Assembly (NCBI GenBank): GCA_963601985.1 | Contig: CAVCHK010000108.1 | Location: 1-33,624, forward strand | Direction of reading: 5' to 3' | Origin: Paludibacteraceae bacterium | Lineage (GTDB): Bacteria; Bacillota_I; Bacilli_A; RF39; UBA660 | Length of the DNA: 33,624 bases | The notes under the pieces: generated by a model | Told to the model about the DNA's origin: nothing | Databases searched by the model: none | The model's input: only the letters and a program-made list of their open reading frames with translations | Made by a program: the position numbers and the translations under genes | In this document: positions 17,165-26,009 of the stretch, piece by piece | Layout of the letters: each line of letters opens with the position of its first letter | Numbering within the stretch: the first letter of the stretch is position 1

Positions 17165-18436
17165 TTAAACTACTCTTCCATATACATTAAGACCATCTAC
17201 TCTTTCAATCTTAACATTAACAATACTATTATTATCTATACCATCATTATCATCTATAATAACCGGTATAAAATTAGAAGTATGTACCACCACTAAACCA
17301 TTATTATGCTTCTCAACTACCCCATCATATACCTTTGAAATTTTACTTTTATAATATTCATTTTCATATTCATTAGATAACAAAATAACCTCATGAACCC
17401 TTCTCTTCTTAATATCACTACTAATATGACCATCCATCTTATCCGCTACAGTACCACCTCTTCTAGAATAAGGAAAAGTATGAATCTTAGTAAAACCTAT
17501 CCTCTTCAAAGTATCCATAGTCTCTTCAAAATCATCATCACTCTCATTAGGAAAACCAACAATCAAATCAGTAGTCAAAGAAATATCCTCTATTTCTCTA
17601 AGTTTATCAATCATCTTCATAAACTCCTCTTTATTATATCTCCTATTCATAAGTTTAAGTATCTTATTACTACCAGACTGAATAGGTATATGCAAATGTC
17701 TAGCCATAATCTTATTATTCTTATAAAGTTCTATAATCTCAGGAGTAATCTCATTAATCTCAATAGAAGATAATCTAATACGATAAATATTAGGTATTTT
17801 AACAAGTTCACATAAAAGTTCATAAAGACTACTATTAATATCAACACCATACTTCCCAGTATGAATACCAGTAAGAACTATCTCTTTATAACCATCCCTA
17901 ACAAGCCTACTAACTTCCTTTGTAACATCCTCTTTATTCTTACTTCTAACTCTACCTCTAGTATAAGGAATAATACAATAAGAACAAAAAGCATTACAAC
18001 CATCCTGCACCTTAACAAAAGCCCTAGTATGATTATCAAAATGACTAATCTCCATCTTTTCAAATTCCACACTACTTAAATCATATATAATCTTCTTACT
18101 TTCCCTATCTCTAATAAAATCATTCAAAATATCCACTATCTTTGATTTATCCCTATTACCAAGAATAATATCAGCATCTATATCATCACTATTAACCTGA
18201 CTATAACACCCAACAACAATAATAATAGCCTCACTATTATTCCTCTTAGCCCTATTAATCATCTTTCTAGACTTCTTATCACTCTCATTAGTAACAGAAC
18301 AAGTATTAATAATATAAATATCCGCTTTATCCTCAAAAGAAACTATTTCATATCCACCATTTTTAAGTAAATCACTCATAACTTCAGACTCATAAATATT
18401 AACCTTACATCCCAAACTACATATTCCAACTTTCAT
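17165..18436 (-). CDS. mtaB: tRNA t6A37 methylthiotransferase (MiaB-family radical SAM, MtaB-like)
   Basis: The N-terminal UPF0004 domain reads MKVGICSLGCKVNIYESE, the radical SAM motif is CNAFCSYCIIPYTRG, and there is a C-terminal TRAM-like domain. Confidence 0.85.
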   Translation of the reverse strand: MKVGICSLGCKVNIYESEVMSDLLKNGGYEIVSFEDKADIYIINTCSVTNESDKKSRKMINRAKRNNSEAIIIVVGCYSQVNSDDIDADIILGNRDKSKIVDILNDFIRDRESKKIIYDLSSVEFEKMEISHFDNHTRAFVKVQDGCNAFCSYCIIPYTRGRVRSKNKEDVTKEVSRLVRDGYKEIVLTGIHTGKYGVDINSSLYELLCELVKIPNIYRIRLSSIEINEITPEIIELYKNNKIMARHLHIPIQSGSNKILKLMNRRYNKEEFMKMIDKLREIEDISLTTDLIVGFPNESDDDFEETMDTLKRIGFTKIHTFPYSRRGGTVADKMDGHISSDIKKRRVHEVILLSNEYENEYYKSKISKVYDGVVEKHNNGLVVVHTSNFIPVIIDDNDGIDNNSIVNVKIERVDGLNVYGRVV

Positions 18437-18458
18437 CTCATTTCCCTCTTTCTCTAGT

Positions 18459-18487
18459 ATTCTATCACAATATCCAAAATAAAGAAA
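18459..18487 (-). promoter_or_regulatory. Candidate extended -10 promoter for mtaB
   Basis: On the minus strand: TGATAGAAT (18459-18467) with a poor -35 (TTTCTT). The same 14-nt TGATAGAATACTAG string is seen at the rpsP promoter. Confidence 0.35.
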
Positions 18488-18506
18488 GAATATTCCTAAA
18501 ATATTC
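18481..18506 (-). terminator. Candidate terminator after fhs, overlapping its stop
   Basis: On the minus strand: GAATATT-TTAGG-AATATTC (7-bp stem, arms at 18500-18506 and 18488-18494) followed by TTTCTTTATTTT. Confidence 0.45.
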
Positions 18507-20145
18507 CCTCTATTACTCCATCATTAATATCAATCCTCTCAGAATTAGGATTCTTAGGAAGACCAGGCATCGTCATTATCTTACCAGTCAAAACCACTAT
18601 AAACTCTGCTCCTGCTTTTAGTATAACCTCTTTAACATGAATATCATATTCATTATCACCAGTCAAATTATTAGGATCATCTGATAAGGAATATTGTGTC
18701 TTAGCAATACATATAGGCAAATTACCATAACCATTATCTTCAAGCCTCTTAATATCTTCTAATGCCTTATTTTCATAAATAACATCACTAGCTCCATATA
18801 TCCTATTAGCAACCTTAAATATCTTAGTTTTAATATCATCATTAATATCATAACAATACCTAAAATCCCTCTTCTTACTATCACACTCATCCATAACCTT
18901 CTTAGCAAGAAGTAAAGAACCATCACTACCATCCTTAAATCCACAAGTAAGAGCATAACTAACATTCTTCTCCTCTAACTTCTTAGATAAATAACTAATC
19001 TCCCTATCACTATCAAATCTATTAATAGCCACTACTACATTAAGACCATAAACATCACGAAGATTATCTATATGCTTATATAAATTATTCATACCAATAT
19101 CCAAGTAATGAATATCTTCCTTAGTAATATCATTCTTATCCATACCACCATGATATTTTAAAGACCTAATAGTGGCAACTACTACCACTGCATCAGGACA
19201 TAATTCATTCATTCTACACTTAATATCCAAAAACTTCTCTGCTCCCAAATCAGCACCAAAACCTGCCTCAGTAACAGTATAATCACCAAGTCTCATAGCC
19301 ATATCAGTAGCAATAACACTATTACATCCATGAGCAATATTAGCAAAAGGACCACCATGTATAATAGCAGGATTACCCTCTAAAGTTTGCACTAAGTTAG
19401 GTAAAATAGCATCATGAAGAAGTACTGCCATAGCACCATCTGCTTTTAAATCTCTAGCAGTTACTTCCTTACCATCCTTATTATAACCAATAACAATATT
19501 ACCAAGCCTTCTCTTCAAATCATCAATATCCTTGCTCAAGCATAAAATAGCCATAATCTCACTCGCCGCAGTAATATCAAATCCATCTATTCTACCCTTA
19601 ATCTTACTCTCACCTGATAAACCAGTATTAATAACCCTAAGTTGCCTATCATTCAAATCCAAACATCTCTTAAAAGTAACCCTATCAATACCAAGCTCAT
19701 TACCAAAATAAATATGATTATCAATAATTGAACTAAGCAAGTTATTAGCACTAGTAATAGCATGAAAATCACCATTAAAATGAAGATTAATATCCTCCAT
19801 AGGAATAACTTGAGCATATCCACCACCACAAGCACCACCTTTAATACCAAACACTGGACCTAAAGAAGGTTCACGAAGTGCAAGAACACTCCTCTTACCA
19901 AGTTTATTAATAGCATCAGACAAAGATATCGATACCGTAGTCTTTCCTTCCCCCATAGGAGTAGGATTAATCGCCGTAACCAAAATAAGTTTGCTTTTAA
20001 TCTTCTTATCACGCATACAATCCATAGATATCTTAGCCTTATATTTACCATAAGGAATAATATACTCACTAATACCAATCCCTTTAGCAACATCCATAAT
20101 GTTCATAGGATTAACACTTCTAGCTATCTCAATATCACTCTTCAT
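18496..20145 (-). CDS. fhs: Formate--tetrahydrofolate ligase
   Basis: MKSDIEIA..., TPMGEGKTT P-loop, full length of about 549 aa. ATG at 20145 follows GGGAGGAG formed by the last murF codons; the track start at 20175 is over-extended. Confidence 0.95.
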   Translation of the reverse strand: MKSDIEIARSVNPMNIMDVAKGIGISEYIIPYGKYKAKISMDCMRDKKIKSKLILVTAINPTPMGEGKTTVSISLSDAINKLGKRSVLALREPSLGPVFGIKGGACGGGYAQVIPMEDINLHFNGDFHAITSANNLLSSIIDNHIYFGNELGIDRVTFKRCLDLNDRQLRVINTGLSGESKIKGRIDGFDITAASEIMAILCLSKDIDDLKRRLGNIVIGYNKDGKEVTARDLKADGAMAVLLHDAILPNLVQTLEGNPAIIHGGPFANIAHGCNSVIATDMAMRLGDYTVTEAGFGADLGAEKFLDIKCRMNELCPDAVVVVATIRSLKYHGGMDKNDITKEDIHYLDIGMNNLYKHIDNLRDVYGLNVVVAINRFDSDREISYLSKKLEEKNVSYALTCGFKDGSDGSLLLAKKVMDECDSKKRDFRYCYDINDDIKTKIFKVANRIYGASDVIYENKALEDIKRLEDNGYGNLPICIAKTQYSLSDDPNNLTGDNEYDIHVKEVILKAGAEFIVVLTGKIMTMPGLPKNPNSERIDINDGVIEGIF

Positions 20146-20146
20146 A

Positions 20147-21502
20147 TTACTCCTCCCCAGCCAAATAATTAACAATATTCTTAAGTTTCATACTATTAGA
20201 AGCCTTAAATAAAACAACATCACCACTTCTTAACAAATCATCAAAAAACTCATAACTCTCACTCTCATTATTAAAATGATATCTACTATCAAAGCCCTTA
20301 TCCTCTAAAAACTTATCAGTATACCTAGTATTATCCCCTATAGTAACAATAATATCTAAATTACTTTTAAATAACTCTTCACCAATCTTAGTATGAATCT
20401 CTTCATTATAATCCCCAACTTCCAAAACATCACCAATAACCGCTACAAGTCTCTTCGCTTCTTTATTTTTAAGAATCTCCAAAGAAGAACAAATACTATC
20501 CAAAGAAGCATTATAAGTATCATCAATAAGTATAGCTCCGCATCTAGCCTTCTTAAATTCAAGCCTATTACCAGTAAGTTTAAAATTCTTAATACCATTC
20601 CTAATACTATCTACACCTATACCACATAAACTACCAACACTATAAGCAACTAAAGAATTATATATAAAAGCAGTATTACCAATATCACATTCCATATCAT
20701 TGCCATTAATCTTAAATCTAGTTAAATCACTACTAATACAACTAGCCATATAATCACTATCATTCTCTATACCAATAGTAACAATATCACTAAGAGACTT
20801 AATATATTCAATATTATTACGAATAATATCATTATCATTATTAACAATAAGTGGACCATTAAGACCCTCTATTATCTCCAACTTAGCCTTAAGTATATTC
20901 TCTCTTGAACCCAAAATACCAATATGAGCAGTACCAATATTAGTAATAACCCCAATAGTAGGACGAGCAATATCAGTAAGATAAGAAATCTCTCCCATAT
21001 GATTCATTCCCATTTCCAAAACCATAACATCTTCATCTCTATATCTAAGTATTGTAAAAGGAAGTCCAATATTATTATTATTATTCCCCTCTGTCTTAAG
21101 AACCCTATACTTAGTACTAAGTGTACTACTTACCATATCTTTAGTAGAAGTCTTACCAACACTACCAGTAATAGCCACAACAGGAATATCAAGTAAACTT
21201 CTTTTATACTTAGCCATCTTACCAATAAACTCCAAAGTATTATTAACTAAAATAATAGTCTTATCACCATATCTATCAGTATCAACTAAAGTAGTATTAT
21301 CAAGTATACATCCCTTAGCCCCCTTCTCTATTGCTTCAGCATAAAAACTATTACCATCAAAAGACTCCCCCTTAATACCAACATAAATATCACCACTTTT
21401 AATAATTCTCGTATCCTTACAAAAATTATCAAGTACCATATTCTCATCTCCACAAAGAAGCTTACCATTAAAACGAGAAATAATATCACTTACATATAAC
21501 AT
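20147..21502 (-). CDS. murF: UDP-N-acetylmuramoyl-tripeptide--D-alanyl-D-alanine ligase
   Basis: The Mur ligase ATP site is ITGSVGKTSTKDM, with Mur ligase middle and C-terminal domains (DDTYNAS). GGAGG SD before ATG at 21502. Confidence 0.9.
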   Translation of the reverse strand: MLYVSDIISRFNGKLLCGDENMVLDNFCKDTRIIKSGDIYVGIKGESFDGNSFYAEAIEKGAKGCILDNTTLVDTDRYGDKTIILVNNTLEFIGKMAKYKRSLLDIPVVAITGSVGKTSTKDMVSSTLSTKYRVLKTEGNNNNNIGLPFTILRYRDEDVMVLEMGMNHMGEISYLTDIARPTIGVITNIGTAHIGILGSRENILKAKLEIIEGLNGPLIVNNDNDIIRNNIEYIKSLSDIVTIGIENDSDYMASCISSDLTRFKINGNDMECDIGNTAFIYNSLVAYSVGSLCGIGVDSIRNGIKNFKLTGNRLEFKKARCGAILIDDTYNASLDSICSSLEILKNKEAKRLVAVIGDVLEVGDYNEEIHTKIGEELFKSNLDIIVTIGDNTRYTDKFLEDKGFDSRYHFNNESESYEFFDDLLRSGDVVLFKASNSMKLKNIVNYLAGEE

Positions 21503-21573
21503 ATAAATACCTCCATTAAATTATATATATCAACATACTAATGTTATGCACTTTACCAACATCACGAACTAAT

Positions 21574-21602
21574 TTGACAAATATCATATTTTATGATAAC
21601 AT
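21574..21602 (+). promoter_or_regulatory. Candidate sigma-A promoter reading into the GC-rich hairpin element
   Basis: TTGACA (21574-21579), 17-nt spacer ending in TGA (TG at 21594-21595), TAACAT (21597-21602). Confidence 0.45.
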
Positions 21603-21608
21603 TGTTAT

Positions 21609-21676
21609 AGAAGCAAATGCTTCAGGGGTTCGCAGTATTGCGGACGGCAAGGGATGACGTATGTCGTCCTTTTCTT
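21609..21676 (+). ncRNA. Candidate ~65-nt structured small RNA (unclassified), convergent with the DUF3800 gene
   Basis: A locally GC-rich patch in a very AT-rich window. Hairpins: GAAGC-AAAT-GCTTC (21610-21623); TTCGCA-GTAT-TGCGGA (21629-21644); GGATGAC-GTAT-GTCGTCC (21652-21669) followed by TTTTCTT, which is terminator-like only on the + strand. Strand and function are inferred, and no known RNA family was recognised. Confidence 0.4.
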
Positions 21677-22535
21677 ATGGAAAAATTTTAATTCCTTTAT
21701 TTTTAAAATCCGGATAACAATCAATTTTATTTTTTATAATATTAAAAGAAATGTTCTCTTTTTTATATTTTACATATTGATGAATTGGATACGAAAACAA
21801 ATCCGCTATCTCTAATCCAGAAAAAGTAGAAGAATGACCACCATACCATTTAGGATTAAAATAAACTCCAATTATTTTTTTCACTAGTTCATTACTTTTT
21901 ATTCCCATTGTACCTTTATTACGTATAATCGTATCAATGTGACCAAGTAACTGTTTGTCATCCTTTTTACCCCTCGACTCAAGCATAATAATTCCTCTTT
22001 TTTTATTATTAGTAGCATATATACATCTTTCTAACAACAAGTCAAAAGCCTTTTCATAAACAGAAACTTTCTCTTCTCTAATAATATAATCCTCAAGATT
22101 TATAGAAACAGATATAATTTTACAATTAACTAAAGATAAAACATTACTAAGTTCATTAACAAAAGATTCATAATTAATAAGTTTTTCATTAAAAGGTCCA
22201 GTATGCATTCTAATTTCTCTAGAGTGCAAACATACATATCTATTATCCCTATGTTTAGTATCATAATAATAACCATTATTCCAATATTTTTCTTTTAATT
22301 CCGTAATATTATTTCTCATGATTGAATAATCATTTTTTGAAAATATACATCCAGTAATTGTAAAATACTTCTCATCATCTGTTATTACTTCTCCATTAAG
22401 CTTCTTTTTAAATATATTATTAATTGCACCAGAATTACCATTTTCATCGATAAACATAACATAATCTACGTCATTTGGCCAATTTTTAATTTTCTGCGGT
22501 TTATCCCACCAATTAATCTTCTCTTTTACTTGCAT
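21675..22535 (-). CDS. DUF3800-family protein (function unknown)
   Basis: The N-terminal acidic motif VMFIDENGNSG and the C-terminal GLEIADLFSYPI fit my recollection of the DUF3800 hallmarks (DESG ... Q/E-x-A-D). ATG at 22535 lies 5 nt after AAGGGGGG; the track start at 22592 is over-extended. Codon usage (AAA, GAA, AGA) differs from neighbouring genes. Confidence 0.75.
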   Translation of the reverse strand: MQVKEKINWWDKPQKIKNWPNDVDYVMFIDENGNSGAINNIFKKKLNGEVITDDEKYFTITGCIFSKNDYSIMRNNITELKEKYWNNGYYYDTKHRDNRYVCLHSREIRMHTGPFNEKLINYESFVNELSNVLSLVNCKIISVSINLEDYIIREEKVSVYEKAFDLLLERCIYATNNKKRGIIMLESRGKKDDKQLLGHIDTIIRNKGTMGIKSNELVKKIIGVYFNPKWYGGHSSTFSGLEIADLFSYPIHQYVKYKKENISFNIIKNKIDCYPDFKNKGIKIFP

Positions 22536-22571
22536 ACATACCCCCCTTAAAAACCAAATAAAAGTCATATA

Positions 22572-22601
22572 ATAGAAAATTTGAATAATCAAATTTTCTA
22601 T
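22572..22601. repeat. Perfect 13-bp inverted repeat with 4-nt loop between parC and the DUF3800 gene
   Basis: ATAGAAAATTTGA-ATAA-TCAAATTTTCTAT. On the minus strand it follows the parC stop by 18 nt but lacks an immediate U-tract (TATATGACTTTTATTT). Confidence 0.8.
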
Positions 22602-22619
22602 TAAACAACATTAGTATTG

Positions 22620-25130
22620 CTATTTAGTATCATCTAGTACATCATCAACACTAGATAACATATCATCAATTTCTTTTAAAGAAACATCCCTCTTTTCAAA
22701 CTTAATATCCTCTTCTCTCTTTTCCATATCATCTTTACTAATCATATTACATACCCTATAAGAATCAATAATCCTATCTTTAATAACATAAGAACCATTA
22801 CTATATCTATCCATTATAGGAATCTCAGTAAGTTTTAAAATCTTTGTATAATTATCAGATACAATACCAATCATATCTTTAGAATTAGTAATATAAGTCT
22901 TAATAATCTTACTAGGATTACTCTTAATAACTTTCATAAGAAGAATTCCCCTCTTAGCTCTAGAAGTTTTCTCAAATTCCAAAAGTTTAACTCTCTTACC
23001 AGTACCCTTATCCGTAAGAATAGTAATAAACTCCTCTTTAGCATCAAATAAAGTACCACTAGTAACAAAATCATCTTTTAAATTAATAGCCTTAACTCCC
23101 GCAGCTTTAACACCAAGAATAGGAATCTCACTAGTATCATACCAAAGCCCATATCCAAGTGAAGTAGATATAAATACATTAGATAAATCACTAATAGTAA
23201 CATCAACAACCCTATCATCATCTTTCAAATTAATAGCCTTAATAGGTTTATTATATCTAAGAACCTTATAATCAATAAGCTTAGTCCTCTTAACCATACC
23301 CATCTTAGTAAATGTAGTAATATACTTATCACTATCAAAATCATATACCCCAATAGCATCAATTATCTTCTCTCCATCACTTAAAGGAATAATATTACTA
23401 ATATGTTTACCAAGTTCCTTCCACTTACCATCAAAAATATCATATACAGGAACATATAAATAATTACCCATATTAGTAAACAAAAGTATTACATCAGTAG
23501 TAGAAATATTAAACAAATTCCTAACATAATCATTTTCTTTAAGACCAGTCTCTTCCCCATTAGCAGAACTATAACTACGCATAGAAACCCTCTTAATATA
23601 CCCCTCATTAGATATAACAACAATTACACTCTCTTTAGGAATCATTACAGTAGTATCAATCTTAATATCAGCAGCCTCATCCCTAATCTCTGTTCTTCTA
23701 GGAATTCCATATTCCTTCTTAATCTTTCTAAGATCATCTTTAATAACACTATTAAGTTTATCACTATTAGATAAAATCTCTTCATAAAGTTCAATCATTT
23801 CCCTAAGTTTCTTCATCTCTTCTTCTAATAATACAACATCAGTATTAGTAAGCCTATATAACTGCAAATTAACAATAGCCTCTGCTTGAACCTGAGTAAA
23901 AGAATATTCATCTACTAAATTAACAATAGCATCAGCCTTATTCTTACTCCTCCTAATAGTAGCAATAACTTCATCTAATATTGAAAGAGCCTTAACAAGA
24001 CCTTCCATTATATGAAAACTATTTCTAGCACTCTTCAAATCAAATTCAGTCCCTTTATAAACAATCTCCCTTTGATGAGCAATATAAGCATCAAGAATAC
24101 CCAAAAGTCCAAGTTGCATAGGTCTGCGATTAACAATAACAACATTATTAAAATTATAAGATACCTGAAGTTCAGTATTCTTATATAAATAATTAAGAAC
24201 ATTCTCTCCTAGGGTATCCTTCTTCAAATCAATAGCAATCTGAAGACCATCTTTATCAGATTCATCCCTAACCTCAACAATACCATCAATCTTTTTATCT
24301 AACCTAATCTCATCAATCTTTCTAACCAAAATCTGTTTATTAACCTCAAAAGGAATCTCACTAATAATAATCTTATTCTTTTCTATCTTAGCCTTAGCCC
24401 TTATAAACACTTTACCCCTACCACTCTCATAAGCTTCCCTAATACCATCACTACCAAGTAATATACCACCAGTAGGAAAATCAGGCCCTTTAATATAATT
24501 CATAACAGTATCAAGTCTACTATTAGGATTATCAATTCTAAATATTGTTGCATCAATAACTTCACTCAAATTATGAGGGGGCATATTAGTAGCATATCCA
24601 GCACTAATACCAGTACTACCATTAACAAGTAAATTAGGAAATCTACTAGGCAAAACAGTAGGCTCAAGTAACCTATCATCGTAATTAGGGGCCATAGGAA
24701 CAATACCACTCTTATCAATATCCCTAAGAAGTTCTCCCGCTATTTTAGATAATCTAGCCTCAGTATAACGACTCGCCGCAGCACTATCACCATCAATAGA
24801 ACCATTATTACCTTGCATTTCAACTAAAGGAGCCTCATTCTTCCACCATTGACTCATTCTAACAATAGCCTCATATATAGAACTATCACCATGAGGATGA
24901 TAATTAGCCATAACAAGACCAACAGCATTAGCACTTTTTTTCGTAGGCTTATCATAAGTATTATGTTCTTTATACATAGAATAAAGTATTCTTCTCTGTA
25001 CAGGCTTTAAACCATCCCTAACATCAGGAATAGCCCTATCTTGAATAATATACTTAGCATATCTACCAAAACTATCCCCCATTATATCTTCTAAAGAATA
25101 ATCATATATATTCTTAATAACATCTTTCAT
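22620..25130 (-). CDS. parC: DNA topoisomerase IV subunit A
   Basis: [41 protein letters not shown] has the ParC-type PVQRR (GyrA has PVHRR). There is no GyrA box (QRRGGKG) at the start of the C-terminal domain ([13 protein letters not shown] instead). Confidence 0.9.
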   Translation of the reverse strand: MKDVIKNIYDYSLEDIMGDSFGRYAKYIIQDRAIPDVRDGLKPVQRRILYSMYKEHNTYDKPTKKSANAVGLVMANYHPHGDSSIYEAIVRMSQWWKNEAPLVEMQGNNGSIDGDSAAASRYTEARLSKIAGELLRDIDKSGIVPMAPNYDDRLLEPTVLPSRFPNLLVNGSTGISAGYATNMPPHNLSEVIDATIFRIDNPNSRLDTVMNYIKGPDFPTGGILLGSDGIREAYESGRGKVFIRAKAKIEKNKIIISEIPFEVNKQILVRKIDEIRLDKKIDGIVEVRDESDKDGLQIAIDLKKDTLGENVLNYLYKNTELQVSYNFNNVVIVNRRPMQLGLLGILDAYIAHQREIVYKGTEFDLKSARNSFHIMEGLVKALSILDEVIATIRRSKNKADAIVNLVDEYSFTQVQAEAIVNLQLYRLTNTDVVLLEEEMKKLREMIELYEEILSNSDKLNSVIKDDLRKIKKEYGIPRRTEIRDEAADIKIDTTVMIPKESVIVVISNEGYIKRVSMRSYSSANGEETGLKENDYVRNLFNISTTDVILLFTNMGNYLYVPVYDIFDGKWKELGKHISNIIPLSDGEKIIDAIGVYDFDSDKYITTFTKMGMVKRTKLIDYKVLRYNKPIKAINLKDDDRVVDVTISDLSNVFISTSLGYGLWYDTSEIPILGVKAAGVKAINLKDDFVTSGTLFDAKEEFITILTDKGTGKRVKLLEFEKTSRAKRGILLMKVIKSNPSKIIKTYITNSKDMIGIVSDNYTKILKLTEIPIMDRYSNGSYVIKDRIIDSYRVCNMISKDDMEKREEDIKFEKRDVSLKEIDDMLSSVDDVLDDTK

Positions 25131-25147
25131 ATCAAACCACCATACTA

Positions 25148-25176
25148 ATTATAAATTATTTTCCCTTATATTTCAA
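25148..25176 (-). promoter_or_regulatory. Sigma-A type promoter for parC
   Basis: On the minus strand: TTGAAA (25171-25176), 17-nt spacer, TATAAT (25148-25153). Confidence 0.5.
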
Positions 25177-25193
25177 CAAATAAACACCTAATT

Positions 25194-25230
25194 TACAAAA
25201 AAATACCCCAGTATAATAATACCAGAGTAT
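25194..25230 (-). terminator. Rho-independent terminator after pilD
   Basis: On the minus strand: ATACTCTGGTAT-TATT-ATACTGGGGTAT (12-bp stem including 3 G-U pairs, arms at 25219-25230 and 25203-25214) followed by TTTTTTTGT. Confidence 0.65.
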
Positions 25231-25236
25231 AAAATA

Positions 25237-26001
25237 TTATTTAACTAAAAAATTAATAATACCATTAATATCAACTTTAGAAATATGAATAAGAATAGCC
25301 CCCATAGCTAAAAAAGGCCCAAAAGGTATTAAATTATCTCTTCTACTAAAAAGGATAAATATCGCCACAGGAAAAGCAATAAAAGTAGCCAAAAATATAT
25401 CACAAATAGACAAAGGATATCCAAGTACTATACCAAATAGAAACATAAGCTTAATATCTCCTCCACCCATACTCTCTCTTTTAAACAATCTATCCCCTAT
25501 TAATTTTATAACATACATAGTAATAAAAGCAAATATACCCGCTATTATCTTATAAGCAGTATAATCAAGACCATAAAATATAAGTTCCAATATAATAATC
25601 AAAATAGAACTAATAGCAATAATTTCATCTAATATAATCATATACTCAATATCACTTACAATAATAACAATAAGACTAGATATAAATATCAAACTAATAA
25701 CAAAAGCATAACTAAACCCAAAAGAATGATAAGATACCATATATAAAATACCAGTAACAACTTCTATTACCAAATAACTAATAGGAATATTAGTATGACA
25801 ACATCTACTCTTACCCCTTTGTATTATATAAGAAACAATAGGAATAAGTTCATACCATCTAAGCCTATGATTACAATTATTACAATGACTACTAGGCCAC
25901 AAAATAGATTCATTATTAGATAGTCTCATAGCCAAAACATTAAGAAAACTCCCCATAATACTACCAAAAACAAATACCATTATATAAATATATACAACCA
26001 T
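25237..26001 (-). CDS. pilD: Prepilin peptidase (A24 family; PilD/ComC-like)
   Basis: GSIMGSFLNVLAMRL, Cys-rich segment CNNCNHRLRWYELIPIVSY...CCH, and the second catalytic-Asp motif GGGDIKL. Confidence 0.85.
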   Translation of the reverse strand: MVVYIYIMVFVFGSIMGSFLNVLAMRLSNNESILWPSSHCNNCNHRLRWYELIPIVSYIIQRGKSRCCHTNIPISYLVIEVVTGILYMVSYHSFGFSYAFVISLIFISSLIVIIVSDIEYMIILDEIIAISSILIIILELIFYGLDYTAYKIIAGIFAFITMYVIKLIGDRLFKRESMGGGDIKLMFLFGIVLGYPLSICDIFLATFIAFPVAIFILFSRRDNLIPFGPFLAMGAILIHISKVDINGIINFLVK

Positions 26002-26009
26002 ATAATCAC

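Noticed and set aside
21541-21660. 39-codon + strand ORF (MLCTLPTSRTNLTNIIFYDNIVIEANASGVRSIADGKG) spanning the promoter-like and GC-rich hairpin region
   Set aside because: No SD precedes the ATG. The ORF runs through the predicted promoter and hairpins, and no family is recognisable. It is kept only as an alternative explanation (gene relic) for the GC-rich patch.
21610-21669. Possible tRNA, tmRNA fragment or known riboswitch in the GC-rich patch
   Set aside because: No acceptor/T-arm cloverleaf can be drawn (there is no GTTCRANYC-type T-loop in context). At about 60 nt it has three simple hairpins. I could not match preQ1, fluoride, guanidine or other small riboswitch consensus sequences from memory. 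A covariance-model scan is needed to exclude these formally.
22620-25130. Calling this type II topoisomerase A subunit gyrA
   Set aside because: It has PVQRRILY (ParC type) rather than PVHRRILY, lacks a GyrA box at the start of the C-terminal domain, and has no gyrB upstream.
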